Positions 17,368 through 27,699 of a DNA stretch of 64,000 nt are shown in pieces. The DNA is from an uncultured Sphingomonadaceae bacterium (GTDB taxonomy: Bacteria > Pseudomonadota > Alphaproteobacteria > Sphingomonadales > Sphingomonadaceae), in contig CANMVC010000003.1 in assembly GCA_947501325.1 (NCBI GenBank), positions 37,830 to 101,829 of the forward strand, given 5' to 3'. How positions within the stretch are numbered: the first letter of the stretch is position 1; each line of letters opens with the position of its first letter. Below the pieces are notes generated by a model. It saw only the letters and a list, made by a program, of their open reading frames with translations, was not told the origin of the DNA and did not search any database. Made by a program: the position numbers and the translations under genes.

Positions 17368-18240
17368 ATGACTAAGTCGTGTCCAAAGGAAATGTCTGTG
17401 AAAAAAATTACCCGTGAGACTCTCGGTACAAGATTGCTTGGCCTGTTTGCCGTCGCTGCGATGGCTTTTACGCCGGCTCTCTCGCCTGCTTTCGCGCAGG
17501 TTCAGACTATTGATCCGAATGATGCGATTGATGCTGACCTGAACAATCCTGACTATGACGGCAATTTCGAAGCACCCGCGCCCGAGCAGGATACGACGGT
17601 GAACAACGATATAGATGGCGATCTCGCGACGCCGGGTCAGGTTGATAATGGCACAAGTTATGATGGTCCCGCGAACGAGAGTGGCTATAATCAAAATACC
17701 GTTGATCAGAGCAGTGTTGATGAAAATGGCAATGTGATTGCCAATGTCGACGATGCGACAACCTTTCAGGACGATGATCTGATCGGCGCAGCAGAAGGCG
17801 TGTTTGGCAAAGGTGCCAAGGGCCTTGCTGGCGTGATCGAAGATATTTTGAAGAAGCAGGGGCGTCCCAATGCCTATATTGCGGGACGTGAAGCCTCTGG
17901 CGCATTTGTCGTGGGTCTGCGCTATGGTTCCGGTAAATTATATCACAAGATTGAAGGCGAAAAGCCGGTTTACTGGACCGGCCCCTCTATCGGTTTTGAT
18001 GTCGGCGGCAATGCGGCGAATAGCTTCGTGCTGGTCTACAACCTCTATGATACCGAAGATCTTTATCAGCGCTTTCCTGCGGGGGAGGGCGCGGCCTATT
18101 TCGTAGGTGGCTTTCATGTGAGCTATTTGCGAAGCGGCGACAAAGTGTTGATCCCGGTGCGATTGGGGGCGGGTCTGCGCTTAGGCGCCAATGTCGGCTA
18201 TATGAAGTTCAGCAAGAAACAGAGATGGCTGCCGTTCTAA
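17368..18240 (+). CDS. DUF1134 (EipA-like) periplasmic protein
   Basis: The track ORF starts at 17308. I prefer ATG 17368, preceded by GGAAGGAG. Has a signal peptide (...AFTPALSPAFA-QV) and an acidic/Asn-rich linker. The C-terminal GAAEGVFGKGAKGLAGVIEDILKKQGRPNAYIAGREASGAFVVGLRYGSGKLY...VYNLYD...KKQRWLPF is the pattern I associate with DUF1134. Confidence 0.7.
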   Translation: MTKSCPKEMSVKKITRETLGTRLLGLFAVAAMAFTPALSPAFAQVQTIDPNDAIDADLNNPDYDGNFEAPAPEQDTTVNNDIDGDLATPGQVDNGTSYDGPANESGYNQNTVDQSSVDENGNVIANVDDATTFQDDDLIGAAEGVFGKGAKGLAGVIEDILKKQGRPNAYIAGREASGAFVVGLRYGSGKLYHKIEGEKPVYWTGPSIGFDVGGNAANSFVLVYNLYDTEDLYQRFPAGEGAAYFVGGFHVSYLRSGDKVLIPVRLGAGLRLGANVGYMKFSKKQRWLPF

Positions 18241-18247
18241 ACACCAT

Positions 18248-18862
18248 TTAGGCCTTAACGGCGCGCAATTTTTCCATTCGCGAGAGATAGCGCGCCAATA
18301 TATCAATTTCGAGATTGACCTGATCGCCGGCTTTCAAGTCCGCGAAAGTCGTCACGCTGGCAGTATGCGGGATGATATTCAGTCCAAAAACCGTGCTGCC
18401 ATCCGGCTGGTCGTCCACCGTATTGACGGTCAGTGATATGCCATCGACCGTGATAGACCCTTTGGGCGCCAGATAGGCCGCGATTTCTTGGGGAGCGTGG
18501 ATACGAATGGGGTGCGAATCCCCTTCCGTCTCTATCGACACAACATCCCCTACGGCATCGACATGGCCGGTCACAATATGGCCGCCCAATTCATCGCCCA
18601 CTTTCAGCGCGCGTTCGAGATTGAGCTTTCGCCCTTCGGTCCACATGGATTTGGCAGTTTTGGAAATGCTTTCCGCCGAAACATCGACCGCAAACCAGTC
18701 CGACCCTTTATCAACAACCGTTAAACAGGCCCCCGAACAGGCGATAGATGCACCAATATCAACGCCGCTCATGTCATAGTTACAAGAGATGATCAGCCGC
18801 AGGTCGCCCCGCTCTTCCACCTTGGTAATCGTGCCGATATCGGAAACTATGCCTGTAAACAT
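18248..18862 (-). CDS. ribE: Riboflavin synthase (alpha chain)
   Basis: 204 aa. MFTGIVSDIGTI... plus a duplicated lumazine-binding repeat (GDSIA-like SIACSGACLTV and GSITVDGISLTV). Confidence 0.9.
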   Translation of the reverse strand: MFTGIVSDIGTITKVEERGDLRLIISCNYDMSGVDIGASIACSGACLTVVDKGSDWFAVDVSAESISKTAKSMWTEGRKLNLERALKVGDELGGHIVTGHVDAVGDVVSIETEGDSHPIRIHAPQEIAAYLAPKGSITVDGISLTVNTVDDQPDGSTVFGLNIIPHTASVTTFADLKAGDQVNLEIDILARYLSRMEKLRAVKA

Positions 18863-18907
18863 GAAAAGCCTTTACGAAAATTGGATGTAACGGTCAGCCT
18901 GGCGAAC

Positions 18908-19885
18908 TTAGGCGGCGCGTTCGTATATCTCAAGCACATCCTGACCAAGATCGCGGCGATCCTGCCGATTCCACTGACCATGGGCGACGTCAAGACTGCC
19001 AAGGCCGATATCACCAATGCCGGGCAAGCCACCGCCAATGATGATCGGCGCGCGATAGAGGAGCAAGCGATCAACCAGATTGGCTTTGAGAAAAGAAGCG
19101 GCTGTTGCCGCCCCTCCCTCGACCAACAGCCAGTTTGTTTTGTCCAATCCTGCAATGGCTTCGGGCTCCGAGATTCCGGTCCAATGCGCCGCAACATCGG
19201 CTTTGCCAAGGACCACAGGTTTGGGTGAGCGATCCTCGAGGCCTGTCAAACGAACATCAAGGCCGGGGTTATCGGCCGCCACCGTGCCTGCACCCACCAA
19301 AATCGCATCACTACGGGCCCGTTCCAGATGCGTGTGCGCGCGCGCGCGTGAACCGGTGATCCATTTGCTGGTGCCATCTGCCAATGCGATACAGCCATCC
19401 AACGACATTGCGAGCTTCAGCGTGACATGCGGCCGCCCCTTTTCCATGCGGGTGAAAAACCCTGCCATGGCGCGATGCGCCTGCTCTTCAAGAACGCCGA
19501 CCGAAATCGAAATGCCTGCCTCACCCAGCTGATCAATGCCTTGCCGCCGGGTTCGTTCGTCAATGTCCAATGTCGCAACAATCACGCGCGCTGGTGCTGC
19601 TTCCTTCACCAAATCGGTACAGGTTGGGCCGCGTTTGCTCTTATGGGCGCAAGGCTCCATCGTCACAAACATATCGGCACCTTTGGCAGCTTTGCCCGCT
19701 TGCGCCAGAGCCATGGCTTCAGCGTGGGGTCGGCCACCGGGCTGAGTCCAGCCACGACCAACAATCACATCATCTTGAACGATGATGCAACCGACATTGG
19801 GATTATCGCCAGTTCGACCTCGACCACGCTCGGACAAGGCAATTGCAGCAGCCATATAACGGGCATCTTTATGGCTGCTTAGCAT
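18908..19885 (-). CDS. ribD: Bifunctional diaminohydroxyphosphoribosylaminopyrimidine deaminase / 5-amino-6-(5-phosphoribosylamino)uracil reductase
   Basis: 325 aa. Deaminase zinc motifs HAEAMAL and PCAH..K....C, followed by a reductase domain (KLAMSLDG, LLVEGGA). Confidence 0.9.
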   Translation of the reverse strand: MLSSHKDARYMAAAIALSERGRGRTGDNPNVGCIIVQDDVIVGRGWTQPGGRPHAEAMALAQAGKAAKGADMFVTMEPCAHKSKRGPTCTDLVKEAAPARVIVATLDIDERTRRQGIDQLGEAGISISVGVLEEQAHRAMAGFFTRMEKGRPHVTLKLAMSLDGCIALADGTSKWITGSRARAHTHLERARSDAILVGAGTVAADNPGLDVRLTGLEDRSPKPVVLGKADVAAHWTGISEPEAIAGLDKTNWLLVEGGAATAASFLKANLVDRLLLYRAPIIIGGGLPGIGDIGLGSLDVAHGQWNRQDRRDLGQDVLEIYERAA

Positions 19886-20289
19886 GTGATGCCAGCCGGG
19901 CGCTCTACTTCGATTTCGCCGCGTGCCAATCTTTCCGCTTTCGCTTGGCGCTCAATCTCTTCCACATCCATGCCGGACATCCGGCCCAGGGATTTCATCG
20001 CTTCGCGCCGTTTGGCATCGCGTTTGTCTTTCAGGCATTGTACCGCCCAGCGGTCGTTCAATATATCCTCGTCCGCGCGGTCCAACGTCCAATTTTCGAC
20101 ATAGACCACTTCTTGCGGAACGTAGACATCCGTGTTGACCTTCGGGTCGATAATGAACAGAAAAAAGATGAATCCAGAACAAGCCAATGCCAGAAAAAGG
20201 GGTAGGGCCTGTTCTCTGGGGTTACGCCGCAAAAGCGTGATCAAATCTTTCAGGCCGCCACCGACGGAAACATCTTTTAACATTTTCAT
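19879..20289 (-). CDS. Hypothetical single-pass membrane protein
   Basis: 136 aa with one TM (LPLFLALACSGFIFFLFII) and a charged C-terminus. Its stop overlaps the ribD start. Confidence 0.55.
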   Translation of the reverse strand: MKMLKDVSVGGGLKDLITLLRRNPREQALPLFLALACSGFIFFLFIIDPKVNTDVYVPQEVVYVENWTLDRADEDILNDRWAVQCLKDKRDAKRREAMKSLGRMSGMDVEEIERQAKAERLARGEIEVERPAGITC

Positions 20290-20378
20290 GATCGTTAAAT
20301 AGGGGGCAAAAGCGGTTATGACCAGCCCCGAAACAGCAGATTTTCTGCCGAGTGGCGCTGGCCTTACCGCTTCCGGGG

Positions 20379-21050
20379 TCAGCTGTTAATCTGAAACCGG
20401 ACTTTTAGAGTAATCCAACTTTCAAATCGCACCCCGTCTTTTGTCGCAGGCTCAAACCGCCATTTCTTGAGGGCATGGCGCTTGGTTGCTGTCCAAAAAT
20501 CATCATGCGGACTGTCAATCAACTCGATTCTCTTGGCCCGGCCATCTGTCCCGACCAAAACGCGAACCGCAATGATTCCCTCTTCTCCCATTCTCAAAAG
20601 ACCAGAGGGGTAAGGCGGCTGGAACTGGTTGCTAAAACGGCTATTCAGTTTGGCCGCAGCAATGACCGGCTCTGAAATGGCCTCAACGGGTGTTATCGGG
20701 ACTTCGATTCGATCACCTAAGCCACTAAAATCGATTCCGTTGTCGACGTCCGCAAATCTATTTGCCGGTGGGTCATTGAACACCGGGCGCTCTACAATAG
20801 GCGTGACTTTCACCGAATCTTGGGCTTTCGTGGGAAGTTCGACATCCACCTTTTGCGGCTCTGGGATGGTTTCCACTGGTTCCGGTTTCACGATTACGTC
20901 GTAAGTTTCAATGACGGTTGGCGGCTTGATAGGTAAATCAATACCAGGAATCGCCATTATACCGGCAATAGCCAATGCGTGAATCCCCACGGCCAGGCCA
21001 ATACCTTTATAATTTGGCGGTTTTTGGGCGTAAGTTGATGTGAAGCTCAT
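20379..21050 (-). CDS. tonB: Energy transducer TonB-family protein
   Basis: 223 aa. N-terminal anchor, Pro-rich spacer (KPPTVIETYDVIVKPEPVETIPEP) and a C-terminal TonB_C pattern (PPYPSGLLRMGEEGIIAVRVLVGTDGRAKRIELI.S....F...). Confidence 0.8.
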   Translation of the reverse strand: MSFTSTYAQKPPNYKGIGLAVGIHALAIAGIMAIPGIDLPIKPPTVIETYDVIVKPEPVETIPEPQKVDVELPTKAQDSVKVTPIVERPVFNDPPANRFADVDNGIDFSGLGDRIEVPITPVEAISEPVIAAAKLNSRFSNQFQPPYPSGLLRMGEEGIIAVRVLVGTDGRAKRIELIDSPHDDFWTATKRHALKKWRFEPATKDGVRFESWITLKVRFQINS

Positions 21051-21128
21051 AAGTCTGTCCTTTCATCCGTCTCCTCGGATGACAGTGCAGTTGCCCCTTG
21101 TGTGGCGCTTATAGATCCGCACCGTCAT

Positions 21129-21150
21129 ATGTGATGATATACTATTACAT
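21129..21150. promoter_or_regulatory. Imperfect 10-2-10 inverted repeat in an AT-rich tract upstream of tonB (candidate operator)
   Basis: ATGTGATGAT-at-ACTATTACAT, with 7/10 arm complementarity, about 80 nt upstream of the tonB start. Only a weak resemblance to a Fur box. Confidence 0.2.
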
Positions 21151-21203
21151 AATAAAATCAAGCATATAGAATTTCAGGCATAAGCGACGGTACCAAATAA
21201 AAC

Positions 21204-22541
21204 TTATGAGGAAGCGTTTTTCAGGCGGTCGAGAGCCGATTCCCGGCCAATGAGCGGCAGCAGCGCGCCCATATCCGGACCATATTCCAGACCGGTAAGG
21301 GCCTGCCGCAACGGCATGAACAACGGCTTGCCTTTGCGGCCGGTGCTGTCTTTCAGCGCGCCAGTCCAGTCTTTCCAGATCGTCTCTGACCATGGCATGC
21401 TTTCCAACGCCTCACAGGCTTGCCCAACAAAATTACCGTCTTCATCGGATAGTTCTGCGGCGGCTATGGGGCCTGTCACCACCTGCCACCAACGATCAAC
21501 CTCACCCATATCGTGCAAATTGGGGCGAATGACTGCCCATCCCTCCGCGGTCATGGCATCGGGCAAGCGCTCCTGCACATCGGCATATTCCAGCAGATGA
21601 ACAATCTTCTGGTTGAGTTGCGCCAGCTCGTCATCATCAAAGCGCGCCGGCGCGCGCCCAAAGCGTGTGAAATCAAAGCCTTCCACTAACGTCATAACGT
21701 CGGCAATGGGCTCCACCGGATCGCTGGTTCCGATGCGCGCAAGCAGCGCAACAATGGATTGCGGTTCGATATTGCGTTCCCGGAAACCGCCAACGCCCAG
21801 CGACCCCAGACGCTTGGAAAGCTTGCCTTCGGTCCCGACCAGCAACGCTTCATGCGCAAATTCAGGCGTGCTCGCGCCAAAGGCGTGAAACATCTGGATC
21901 TGGACAGCGGTATTGGCGACATGATCCTCTCCGCGCACGACATGGGTGATGCCCATATCCATGTCATCGATGGTGGAGGGCAACATATAGAGCCAGCTGC
22001 CGTCCTCGCGCCGGATCACCGGATCAGAGAGCAGGGCCGGATCAAAATGCTGGTCTCCGCGGATCAGGTCGGTCCATTCTATCGGCGTGTCATGATCCAG
22101 TTTGAAGCGCCAATGCGCCTTGCGGCCCTCCGCTTCAAACGCGGCTATCTGCGCTTCGGTCAGATCGAGTGCGCCCCGGTCATAGGTTGGCGGCTTTCCG
22201 CGCCCAAGCTGCACCTTGCGTTTCAGATCCAGTTCCTGCGCCGTTTCATAAGCGGGGTAAACCCGGCCCGCCGCGCGCAATTCCGCGAACCGCTCTTCGT
22301 AACGATCATAGCGCGCCGATTGCCGTTCCTCGCTATCGGGATGGATGCCGAGCCACGCCAGATCAGCGCGAATCGCGGTGACATATTCCTCCTTGGAACG
22401 CTCCTTGTCGGTATCATCCAGCCGCAACAGAAATTCGCCGCCCTGTTTCTTGGCGAACATCCAGTTATGGAGCGCGGTGCGGATATTGCCGACATGAAGA
22501 TGGCCCGTTGGAGAGGGCGCGAAGCGGGTTTTTATGGTCAT
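21204..22541 (-). CDS. gltX: Glutamate--tRNA ligase
   Basis: 445 aa. RFAPSPTGHLHVGNIRTAL (HIGH motif) and KLSKR (KMSKS motif). Confidence 0.95.
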   Translation of the reverse strand: MTIKTRFAPSPTGHLHVGNIRTALHNWMFAKKQGGEFLLRLDDTDKERSKEEYVTAIRADLAWLGIHPDSEERQSARYDRYEERFAELRAAGRVYPAYETAQELDLKRKVQLGRGKPPTYDRGALDLTEAQIAAFEAEGRKAHWRFKLDHDTPIEWTDLIRGDQHFDPALLSDPVIRREDGSWLYMLPSTIDDMDMGITHVVRGEDHVANTAVQIQMFHAFGASTPEFAHEALLVGTEGKLSKRLGSLGVGGFRERNIEPQSIVALLARIGTSDPVEPIADVMTLVEGFDFTRFGRAPARFDDDELAQLNQKIVHLLEYADVQERLPDAMTAEGWAVIRPNLHDMGEVDRWWQVVTGPIAAAELSDEDGNFVGQACEALESMPWSETIWKDWTGALKDSTGRKGKPLFMPLRQALTGLEYGPDMGALLPLIGRESALDRLKNASS

Positions 22542-24193
22542 ATAGTCCTAAATGCATTGGTTATGGGATAGCGCCGGTCACGGCCAAAATTTCTGGTGCC
22601 CAGTTTCACGCCGGGAGGCGCCTGACGCCGTTTATATTCGGCTATATAGAGCAATTTCTCGATCCGTATCACGGTTTCGCGATCAAAGCCGCGTGCGACC
22701 AGATCGGATACCGATAGCTCTTCTTCTATCAGGCCGTGAAGCAAGGGGTCGAGAATGTCATATTCAGGCAGGCTGTCACTGTCTTTCTGGTCTTCCCGCA
22801 GCTCGGCCGTTGGCGGTTTGGTGATGACGGTTTCCGGCATCACCGGCCCATCCGGGCCCATGCCGAGCGACGGCTTGTTGCGATTGCGCCATTCCGACAG
22901 TTTGAAACAGGTCAGCTTATAGGCGTCTTTGAGCACGGAATAGCCGCCGGCCATATCGCCATAGATGGTCGCATAGCCAACGCTCATCTCGCTCTTGTTG
23001 CCGGTGGTCAGCAGCATATGACCAAATTTGTTGCTCATCGCCATCAGGGTCACACCGCGGATACGGGACTGGATATTCTCTTCGGTAATGTCGACCTCTT
23101 CATCGGCAAAACTGTCTTCGAGCATCGCGTCAAAACCTTCGACCGCCGGAACAATTGAAATGGTGTCGAGCCGCGTGCCGAGCATTGCTGCGCAGCCAGC
23201 CGCATCGTCCAAACTCTCTTGTGACGTGAAGCGCGATGGCATCATCACACACCAGACCCGATCAGCCCCCAGAGCATCAACCGCCACGGCCGCAGACAGC
23301 GCACTATCGATACCGCCGGACAAGCCAAGGATGACGCCAGGAAAGCGGTTGGCATTCACATAGTCGCGTAAGCCAACTATCATCGCGTTATATATATCGG
23401 CGGGATGATCATCGAGCTTGTGGATCTCGCCTTGCTGGCAGGTCCAACCCTGATCCTCGTTCGACCAGTAGGTATCGACAATCGCTTCATCCCAGTCCGG
23501 AAGCTGATGCATCACGCTGGTGTCGCCATTCAAGACGAAACTCGCGCCATCAAACACCACTTCGTCCTGGCCGCCAATGCGGTTGAGGAACAGCAGCGGC
23601 AGGCCGGTTTCCCGCACCCGCTGAGTCGCCACTTGGCCCAGACGGCGATCATCTTTCTCGATTTCATAGGGACTGCCATGCACAGAAATCAGCATTTCGG
23701 CGCCCTGCGCCTTCAGATGCTCGCAGACAGTCGGGAACCAGACATCCTCGCAGATTGGCAAACCGATCTTGCAGCCACGAAAGTCGATAGGCGCGGGCAG
23801 CGGGCCGGAAGTGAACAAACGCTTTTCGTCAAAAGTGCCGTAATTGGGCAGCTCTACCTTGTAGCGGACTTCTTTTATCTGACCGCCTTCGAGCAGCGCA
23901 ATGCCATTATACAGGTTGCCGTTCTCACGGAAAATTGACCCGACCAACATGGCCGCCCCGCTATCTTTCGTCGCGTCGGCCAACCGTTGCAATTCCGTTT
24001 CCGAACGCTCCACCACTGCCGGTTTGAGAACCAGGTCTTCGGGCGGATATCCGATGAGCTGCAGTTCCGGAAACACCACCAGGTCGCTATCCGGCTTCGA
24101 CTGATAGACCGCGATCATCGCATCGGCATTGCCGCGCAAATCGCCGACCGATTGAGTCATCTGGGCAAGAGTGATGGTGAGCTGTGCTGTCAT
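22538..24193 (-). CDS. nadE: Glutamine-dependent NAD+ synthetase
   Basis: 551 aa. N-terminal nitrilase-like CN-hydrolase domain (FPELQLIGYPPEDL, ICEDVWFP) plus a C-terminal synthetase with the SGGIDS P-loop. Confidence 0.9.
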   Translation of the reverse strand: MTAQLTITLAQMTQSVGDLRGNADAMIAVYQSKPDSDLVVFPELQLIGYPPEDLVLKPAVVERSETELQRLADATKDSGAAMLVGSIFRENGNLYNGIALLEGGQIKEVRYKVELPNYGTFDEKRLFTSGPLPAPIDFRGCKIGLPICEDVWFPTVCEHLKAQGAEMLISVHGSPYEIEKDDRRLGQVATQRVRETGLPLLFLNRIGGQDEVVFDGASFVLNGDTSVMHQLPDWDEAIVDTYWSNEDQGWTCQQGEIHKLDDHPADIYNAMIVGLRDYVNANRFPGVILGLSGGIDSALSAAVAVDALGADRVWCVMMPSRFTSQESLDDAAGCAAMLGTRLDTISIVPAVEGFDAMLEDSFADEEVDITEENIQSRIRGVTLMAMSNKFGHMLLTTGNKSEMSVGYATIYGDMAGGYSVLKDAYKLTCFKLSEWRNRNKPSLGMGPDGPVMPETVITKPPTAELREDQKDSDSLPEYDILDPLLHGLIEEELSVSDLVARGFDRETVIRIEKLLYIAEYKRRQAPPGVKLGTRNFGRDRRYPITNAFRTI

Positions 24194-24233
24194 CTCGCCC
24201 TGATAGAAACCCGCGCAGCGCGGGGCAAATGAT

Positions 24234-24803
24234 TTATCCGAAAACTAGCGACCCCATTGCCCGGCCAGGAATGAACGCAAACAGGCCAGCGATGAGCAAG
24301 CCAATATAGGGGCCCTGCATCGCACGATAATGTTCAACGACATTACCCCGCCGGATTTGCCAGACGCCATATGGAATCGACACCAACGTTACCACGGAAA
24401 AGATATGAATGAAGCTGAGCCCGGTTCCACCAATGCCCTGTCCGGGACGACCGATCCAGAAGCTCACAATAGCGGTGGTCACCATCAACATCCCCCAGAT
24501 GCGCCCCAGATGCTTATGGAGCCGGTCGCCTTTTTCACGCCACAGGACATAAGCTCCTAGCGGGATGGCCGGGATTACAGTCGCAAGGTGAATGATGACC
24601 GGCAGGCTGATCGGCCGCTTTTGCGCAATCTCTACATCTGCACTGTAGGCAAAGCCGCCATATAGGGAAGACAGGGCCATCAGCACCAAGGTTGCCAATA
24701 TAGTCGCGCCGCCCAGCAGAATGATGTTCTGGATATTATACCCGCTATTCTTTTGCATCTCAGATTGCACTTCTGATTTAGAATTCACCATGATTTTCCC
24801 CAT
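24234..24803 (-). CDS. DUF2306-like polytopic membrane protein (start uncertain)
   Basis: The track ORF reaches 24920 but would then overlap the divergent gene. Internal Met codons at 24803, 24791 and 24758 are candidates. Several TM segments and an H..LGRIWG motif. Confidence 0.45.
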   Translation of the reverse strand: MGKIMVNSKSEVQSEMQKNSGYNIQNIILLGGATILATLVLMALSSLYGGFAYSADVEIAQKRPISLPVIIHLATVIPAIPLGAYVLWREKGDRLHKHLGRIWGMLMVTTAIVSFWIGRPGQGIGGTGLSFIHIFSVVTLVSIPYGVWQIRRGNVVEHYRAMQGPYIGLLIAGLFAFIPGRAMGSLVFG

Positions 24804-24963
24804 TGGTTCGCTTGATTGCAAACCAGGTTGATCATCCGGAATCTCAATTCCAGCTTGCTTACGTGACTGGTTCTCGCTTATTCGTGAGTCGCCCAGAAAA
24901 CCGGTGATCTGCCCATTCACGAAGCGTAAATGGGCCAGCGGGATGGCGGCATTGGGGAGTTAT

Positions 24964-25773
24964 ATGGGCGGCAATGCCAGAAAATTATCCGTGAGATGGG
25001 TTGCTGTGGAATTGCTGGTCATGGCGTTGATCGGTCTTGTCTTCGGTTTTCTCGGCCCTTTTGGCACTTATGCCATGCCGGTGGCAATGCGCCTCGCCTA
25101 TTGGGTTGGCTTTATCATCGTGGGCTATGCGATTTTCCGGCCGGTATCGATTAGCGCGGGATGGCTGCGCGAAAGCATCGGCATCCCCGTTTGGACTGCC
25201 GAGTTAATGGCCACCGCCGTTGCCGCCTTGCCGCTGACCTTCCTCATTGGTTTTGCGATTTCAGGAATGCGGTTTGACCCCGATGTCCTCGGTGATCGCT
25301 TTGTGCTGCTCTATCTACAATGCGCAGCCATTGGTTTTGGTATTTTCCTGTTCATGCGGTTGTTATTTGGAGCGGAAGAGGCGGGCGAACATGTCAGCGA
25401 TGATCGCTTGGAGCCAGACCAGCCGAAAAAAGAACCAGTCAAGCAAACTGTGAAACCGGTCCAAACCCAATTGCATGACAGGCTTTCGCCGGGTTTTTCC
25501 AGTCCCATAATAGCGCTCGGCGTCGAAGATCATTATGTCCGCGTGCACTCTGCGGAGCGCAGCGAAATGCTTTTGTTGCGGCTAAGCGATGCGATCCGGG
25601 AAACGAAGCCTTTGGAAGGCATGCAGGTCCACCGCAGCTGGTGGGTATCCCGCGATGCCATCGTGACATCAAAACGCGAGGGACGGAACTTACGTCTATC
25701 ACTATCCGGCGGCCTGGAAGTACCGGTTTCCCGGGCCTATGTGACAAAGTTGAAACAAACTGGCTGGATTTGA
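24964..25773 (+). CDS. Membrane-anchored LytTR-domain DNA-binding protein
   Basis: I prefer ATG 24964, preceded by GGGGAG. Four TM segments, then a C-terminal LytTR pattern (VEDHYVRVHSAERSEMLLLRLSDAI...MQVHRSWWVSRDAI). Confidence 0.7.
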   Translation: MGGNARKLSVRWVAVELLVMALIGLVFGFLGPFGTYAMPVAMRLAYWVGFIIVGYAIFRPVSISAGWLRESIGIPVWTAELMATAVAALPLTFLIGFAISGMRFDPDVLGDRFVLLYLQCAAIGFGIFLFMRLLFGAEEAGEHVSDDRLEPDQPKKEPVKQTVKPVQTQLHDRLSPGFSSPIIALGVEDHYVRVHSAERSEMLLLRLSDAIRETKPLEGMQVHRSWWVSRDAIVTSKREGRNLRLSLSGGLEVPVSRAYVTKLKQTGWI

Positions 25774-25885
25774 CCGAAAGGCACTTTCGATTTGCGGTTC
25801 ACCTGTCTAACAGGGTCGCGAATCATTCACATAGGGTCCGCGATTCTGATGCAATGGCTGGCCTGCTCTCGGGGGAAGCCACGCA

Positions 25886-26821
25886 ATGAAACTCATGTCC
25901 GGCAACAGCAATTTGACGCTCGCGCAGTCCGTAGCCGATTATCTGGACATCAAGCTGACCGATGCCAGCGTGAAACGATTTGCAGACGATGAGATTTTTG
26001 TCGAAATTCATGAAAATGTGCGCGGTGAAGATGTCTTCATCATGCAATCGACCAGCTTCCCGGCCAATGACAATTTGATGGAATTGCTGATCGGCATCGA
26101 TGCCCTGCGCCGCGCGTCTGCCAAGCGCATCACCGCCGTCATCCCGTATTTCGGCTATGCCCGGCAAGACCGAAAGCCGGGCCCGAGAACCCCGATCTCT
26201 GCCAAGCTGGTCGCGAACCTGATTACAGAAGCGGGCGCCGACCGGGTGCTATCTGTCGATCTGCACGCGGGCCAAATTCAGGGGTTTTTCGATATTCCGA
26301 CCGACAACCTCTATGGCGCGCCGGTCATGTCGGCGGACATTCAGGCGCGGTTTGGCGGGCATGAATTGATGGTCATTTCGCCCGATGTTGGCGGCGTGGT
26401 GCGTGCCCGGGCGCTAGCTAAGCGGCTAGACAACGCGCCTTTGGCGATCGTCGACAAACGCCGCGAGCGGGCCGGTGAATCGGAAGTCATGAATATCATC
26501 GGTGATGTTTCCGGACGGTTTTGCATCCTGATCGACGATATTGTCGATAGTGGCGGGACGCTTTGCAATGCGGCCGATGCGCTCAGAGCAAAAGGTGCGA
26601 CCGAAGTCGTGGCTTACATTACCCATGGGGTATTATCCGGCGGCGCGGTGGCGCGGATCAATGACAGCTGCCTCAAAGAACTGGTGATCACCGATTCCAT
26701 CGGCGCAACCGATGCGGTCAAAGATTCAGACAAGATCAGGCATCTGACTATTGCCCCCTTATTAGGCGAAGCGATCAAACGGATTGCGGACGAAACCAGT
26801 GTTTCAAGCCTGTGGGATTAA
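25886..26821 (+). CDS. prs: Ribose-phosphate pyrophosphokinase
   Basis: 311 aa. [30 protein letters not shown] and the [14 protein letters not shown]-binding loop. Confidence 0.95.
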   Translation: MKLMSGNSNLTLAQSVADYLDIKLTDASVKRFADDEIFVEIHENVRGEDVFIMQSTSFPANDNLMELLIGIDALRRASAKRITAVIPYFGYARQDRKPGPRTPISAKLVANLITEAGADRVLSVDLHAGQIQGFFDIPTDNLYGAPVMSADIQARFGGHELMVISPDVGGVVRARALAKRLDNAPLAIVDKRRERAGESEVMNIIGDVSGRFCILIDDIVDSGGTLCNAADALRAKGATEVVAYITHGVLSGGAVARINDSCLKELVITDSIGATDAVKDSDKIRHLTIAPLLGEAIKRIADETSVSSLWD

Positions 26822-26919
26822 ATCGTGCTCTTGCGCAAGCAGGAGTCTGATCCAGCCGTCTTCAAGTTTTGCCGATTGAGGAGATGGACCTCGGACCGAG
26901 TCCGAGCTACGATAGCGCC

Positions 26920-27699
26920 ATGACCCCCAAAGATATTGCCCTTGCAGAAAAGCTTGCCGAGGCTGCAGGCGAAGCTATCCGCCCACTCTTCCGCGCAAAA
27001 TTTGATCAGGAATCGAAAAGCGATTCCACACCGGTAACGGAAGCAGACCGCGCCGCCGAAGCCGCTATGCGCAAAATTATCGAAACCGAATGTCCGGAAG
27101 ACGGCATTATCGGTGAGGAATATGGCACGATCAACGAAGGCGCATCGCGCCAATGGGTGCTCGATCCGATTGACGGCACCACCAGCTTCATAGCCGGTCG
27201 GCCGATTTTTGGAACACTCATCGCGCTGATGCAGGATGGCTGGCCGGTTATCGGGATTATTGACCAGCCCATTGCACGGGAGCGTTGGGTTGGTGTGGTC
27301 GGGCGCCCAACCACCTTCAATGGCGCAGCCGCCAAATCTGCGCGGTGCCGAGAATTGAAAGATGCCGTGCTCGCCACGACCACGCCGCATCAATTTGATG
27401 AGCATGATGCGGAACATTTCATGGGCCTCGCCGGCAAAGTCGCGCCGCGCAAGATTATCTATGGCGGCGATTGCTATAATTACGGTCTGGTTGCGAGCGG
27501 CCATGTCGACGTCGTCTGCGAAGCCGGGCTGATGCTGCATGATTATGCGGCGCTCGCCCCGATTATCGATGGCGCCGGCGGAATGATGTGCGACTGGAAC
27601 GGCGAGCCGCTTCATGCCGAATCCGACGGCCATGTACTGGCCATAGGAGATCAGGCGCGGGTCGATGATGTGCTAGAGGCGATTGCATGCAACCATTAG
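26920..27699 (+). CDS. hisN: Inositol-monophosphatase-family protein, probably histidinol-phosphatase
   Basis: I prefer ATG 26920. Motifs PVTEADRAAE, GEEYG, WVLDPIDGTTSF and ...ERWVG are typical of the alphaproteobacterial HisN subgroup. The assignment is by pattern memory only. Confidence 0.6.
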   Translation: MTPKDIALAEKLAEAAGEAIRPLFRAKFDQESKSDSTPVTEADRAAEAAMRKIIETECPEDGIIGEEYGTINEGASRQWVLDPIDGTTSFIAGRPIFGTLIALMQDGWPVIGIIDQPIARERWVGVVGRPTTFNGAAAKSARCRELKDAVLATTTPHQFDEHDAEHFMGLAGKVAPRKIIYGGDCYNYGLVASGHVDVVCEAGLMLHDYAALAPIIDGAGGMMCDWNGEPLHAESDGHVLAIGDQARVDDVLEAIACNH

